Positions 13,738 through 16,188 of a DNA stretch of 16,188 nt are shown in pieces. The notes beneath the pieces were generated by a model, which was not told the DNA's origin, did not search any database, and saw nothing but the letters and a program-made list of their open reading frames with translations. Positions within the stretch are counted from its first letter, which is position 1, and every line of letters starts with the position of its first letter. Position numbers and translations under genes: made by a program. Source of the DNA: a bacterium (GTDB lineage: Bacteria > Zhuqueibacterota > Zhuqueibacteria > Oceanimicrobiales > Oceanimicrobiaceae); contig JBHIAC010000072.1 of assembly GCA_046758365.1 (NCBI GenBank), positions 1 through 16,188 on the forward strand. The letters are read 5' to 3'.

Positions 13738-16188
13738 GTTTTTACTCGTAAGTTTCCTCTTATTGAATTTTCTCTTCATAGTAAAGTCCCTTGAGGCCCA
13801 AATTAAATCTCCAAAGGAATTCGTTGGATTTCAGGTTGGAGAGGATAAAAAGCTTTTTGGGTGGGATACCGTGTTGGACTATTTTTGGTTATTGGATGAA
13901 AAATCAGATCGAGTAAAAGTTAAAGAATTGGGTACAACCACACTTGGCAAACAGTTCATTATGGCAATCATTTCTTCTCCAAACAGTTTATTAAATTTAG
14001 CTAAATATAAAAATTTGCAAAAACAAGCGGCAAATCCTCACCATCTTTCTGAACAAGACGCAAGATTGCTGGCTCGAAAAAATAAGGTAGTCGTAATGAT
14101 TACTCTAAATATTCATTCCACCGAAATAGCCTCCAGTCAAGAGTCTATTGAATTAGCCTATTTGTTAGCAACGGAAAACACACCACGCATGCAGAGAATT
14201 TTGGAGAATGTTATTATCCTATTAGTGCCATCTTTAAATCCAGACGGCATGCAGACGGTAGTAGATTGGTATAATAAATATTTAGATACTCCCTTCGAAG
14301 GAAGTCCTTTACCATTTCTTTACCATCAATATGCCGGACATGATAACAACCGAGATTGGTTTATGATGAATTTAATTGAGACTAAGTTAGTTTCTAAACA
14401 GTACTATCAGGAATGGTTTCCAGAAATTGTTTTTGATCAACATCAAATGAGGTCCGAAAGTGCCCGTCTATTTTTACCGCCCTATACGGATCCTGTGAAT
14501 CCTAATCTGCACCCGCTTTTACTTTCTCAAATGAACAAGTTTGGAAAACACATTGTGAGTGATTTACAGGCCCAAAACTTTTGTGGAATTGTAACCGATG
14601 CTTTTTATACTGCGTGGTGGGAAGGCACTTCCGTCATGACCCCCTGGTGGCACAATATGATGGGTATTTTATCTGAAGTGGCAAGTGTACATATTGCTAC
14701 TCCCCTTTATTTTCCTAAAGGCAGTCTCAGGGGTGGTAGAAGAGGACTTCCGCAATACAATCAGAGAATGAATTTTTTGGATCCCTGGCCCGGTGGATGG
14801 TGGCGGCTTAGAGATATTATTAATTACGAATTGGCTATAACATTTTCTCTTTTGGATTTAGCTGCTAAAGAAAAAGAGTCTATAATTTACAATTTCTGCA
14901 AAATGAATAAAGCTGCCATAGAAAAAGGCAAAACCGAACCCCCGTTTGCATTTGTAATTCCTAAAGCCCAACACGACCCAATCACCGCCTTGAAGATGGT
15001 CGAAGTGCTCATGATGGGAGGCGTAGAAGTGCATCAAGCCAATAGGGATTTTTTTGCTGGAAATATTAAAATGGATAAAAGCTCCTTTATAATTTTACTC
15101 TCGCAACCTTTTCGGCCCTATGTTAAAGATTTACTCGAAAGGCAGAAGTACCCTGACTTGAGGAATTATCCCGGCGGTCCACCAATTCGGCCCTATGATA
15201 TAGCCGGCTGGACTCTGCCCTTAATGATGGGCGTTGAAACTCTACAGATCAACTCACTTTTTGAAGCCGATTTAACCCCAATTAAATCTGTCAGCTATCC
15301 CAAAGGTTTTCTTGAAAAGGAAAAAAATGGGAATTACCTTATTGATCATCGAGCCAACCGCAGTTTTATTATAGTAAATAGTTTATTAAACCAAGAAAAG
15401 AAGGTTTATTGGTTGAAAAATGCCATTAAAATAGATAATAAATCCTATCCTCCTGGGACGATTTACATTCCCAGAAAAGAATTGAAATCCCAGATGATGG
15501 AATTATTAGCACAGGAACTATCTCTTAAAATTGTACAAACGAATTATGACTTTTTAGGACAATCAGCCTATCGTTTAAACAATTTCAACTTGGGTCTTTA
15601 CCGACCATGGACATCTAATACGGATGAAGGTTGGACACGATTAATTTTGAAACAGTTTAAATTTCCATATCAAGCGATTTTAAATTCAAGAATGAGAAGG
15701 GGAAAATTAAAAAGGGATTTTGATGTTATAATCTTACCAGATATGGAGATTGAACAAATAATCAATGGAAGAAAAAAGGAAAAGCCGGATATTTATACAC
15801 CTGAAGTACCCAAAATTTATCAAGATGGTATCACTGAAAAAGGGGTGGAAAATTTAAAAGAATTTGTCGAAAAGGGGGGTACTTTAATTACACTTGACAG
15901 CGCTTGTGATTTGGCTATTGAGAAATTTGGTTTACCGGTAGAAAATGTATTGAAAGAGGTAAATAATACAGACTTTTTTTGTCCAGGTTCTTTGCTTGAA
16001 ATTATTGTAGACCATTCCGAACCGATTGCTTTTGGCATGCCTTCAAAAGCCGCAGCCATGTTTATCAACAGCCCGGCGTTTCGCCCGATGCATTGGACAA
16101 AACGCACAGGTGTTGCCGCCTACTACCCTGATTACAATCCGCTGTTAAGCGGCTGGATCTTAGGGGAAGAGAAAATTCAGGGTCGCTC
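13718..16188 (+). CDS. M14 family zinc carboxypeptidase-domain protein with a C-terminal class I glutamine amidotransferase-like domain (3' partial)
   Basis: Hand translation is open from ATG 13718 to the window end with no stop, which is why the ORF track misses it. It has a signal peptide and motifs NIHSTE (HxxE), PSLNPDG, GHDNNRDW, DQHQM, GILSE, PYDIAGWTLP, DEGWTR, FDVIILPD and LKEFVEKGGTLI. Confidence 0.93.
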   Translation, partial: MRFQIGKFLLVSFLLLNFLFIVKSLEAQIKSPKEFVGFQVGEDKKLFGWDTVLDYFWLLDEKSDRVKVKELGTTTLGKQFIMAIISSPNSLLNLAKYKNLQKQAANPHHLSEQDARLLARKNKVVVMITLNIHSTEIASSQESIELAYLLATENTPRMQRILENVIILLVPSLNPDGMQTVVDWYNKYLDTPFEGSPLPFLYHQYAGHDNNRDWFMMNLIETKLVSKQYYQEWFPEIVFDQHQMRSESARLFLPPYTDPVNPNLHPLLLSQMNKFGKHIVSDLQAQNFCGIVTDAFYTAWWEGTSVMTPWWHNMMGILSEVASVHIATPLYFPKGSLRGGRRGLPQYNQRMNFLDPWPGGWWRLRDIINYELAITFSLLDLAAKEKESIIYNFCKMNKAAIEKGKTEPPFAFVIPKAQHDPITALKMVEVLMMGGVEVHQANRDFFAGNIKMDKSSFIILLSQPFRPYVKDLLERQKYPDLRNYPGGPPIRPYDIAGWTLPLMMGVETLQINSLFEADLTPIKSVSYPKGFLEKEKNGNYLIDHRANRSFIIVNSLLNQEKKVYWLKNAIKIDNKSYPPGTIYIPRKELKSQMMELLAQELSLKIVQTNYDFLGQSAYRLNNFNLGLYRPWTSNTDEGWTRLILKQFKFPYQAILNSRMRRGKLKRDFDVIILPDMEIEQIINGRKKEKPDIYTPEVPKIYQDGITEKGVENLKEFVEKGGTLITLDSACDLAIEKFGLPVENVLKEVNNTDFFCPGSLLEIIVDHSEPIAFGMPSKAAAMFINSPAFRPMHWTKRTGVAAYYPDYNPLLSGWILGEEKIQGR

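Overview
Bacterial chromosomal window, AT-rich. An FCB-group-like host (for example KSB1 or Calditrichota) is inferred only from a C-terminal QNYPNPFNP sorting-type domain. The left arm is on the minus strand: a secreted amidohydrolase-3, then an apparent sigma-54-driven cluster of an unknown acidic beta-rich lipoprotein, a single-POTRA Omp85 barrel, a DUF4390-like protein and an NtrY-like histidine kinase. It ends in a four-helix-bundle (23S IVS-type) gene enclosed by inverted 8-bp-periodic repeat arrays carrying C-GAA-G mini-hairpins. The right arm is on the plus strand: isochorismatase-family hydrolase, a 110-aa hypothetical, AmrS radical SAM enzyme, M28 peptidase, a decayed DUF2270 gene and a large M14 carboxypeptidase-family gene that runs off the window and is absent from the ORF track. 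Intergenic regions contain a decayed RAYT-type tyrosine transposase and several structured elements. The best candidates for undescribed biology are the repeat-enclosed four-helix-bundle cassette, the lipoprotein-Omp85-kinase module and a GC-rich structured island at 6203-6344. All family assignments come from motif recognition by eye; no searches were run.
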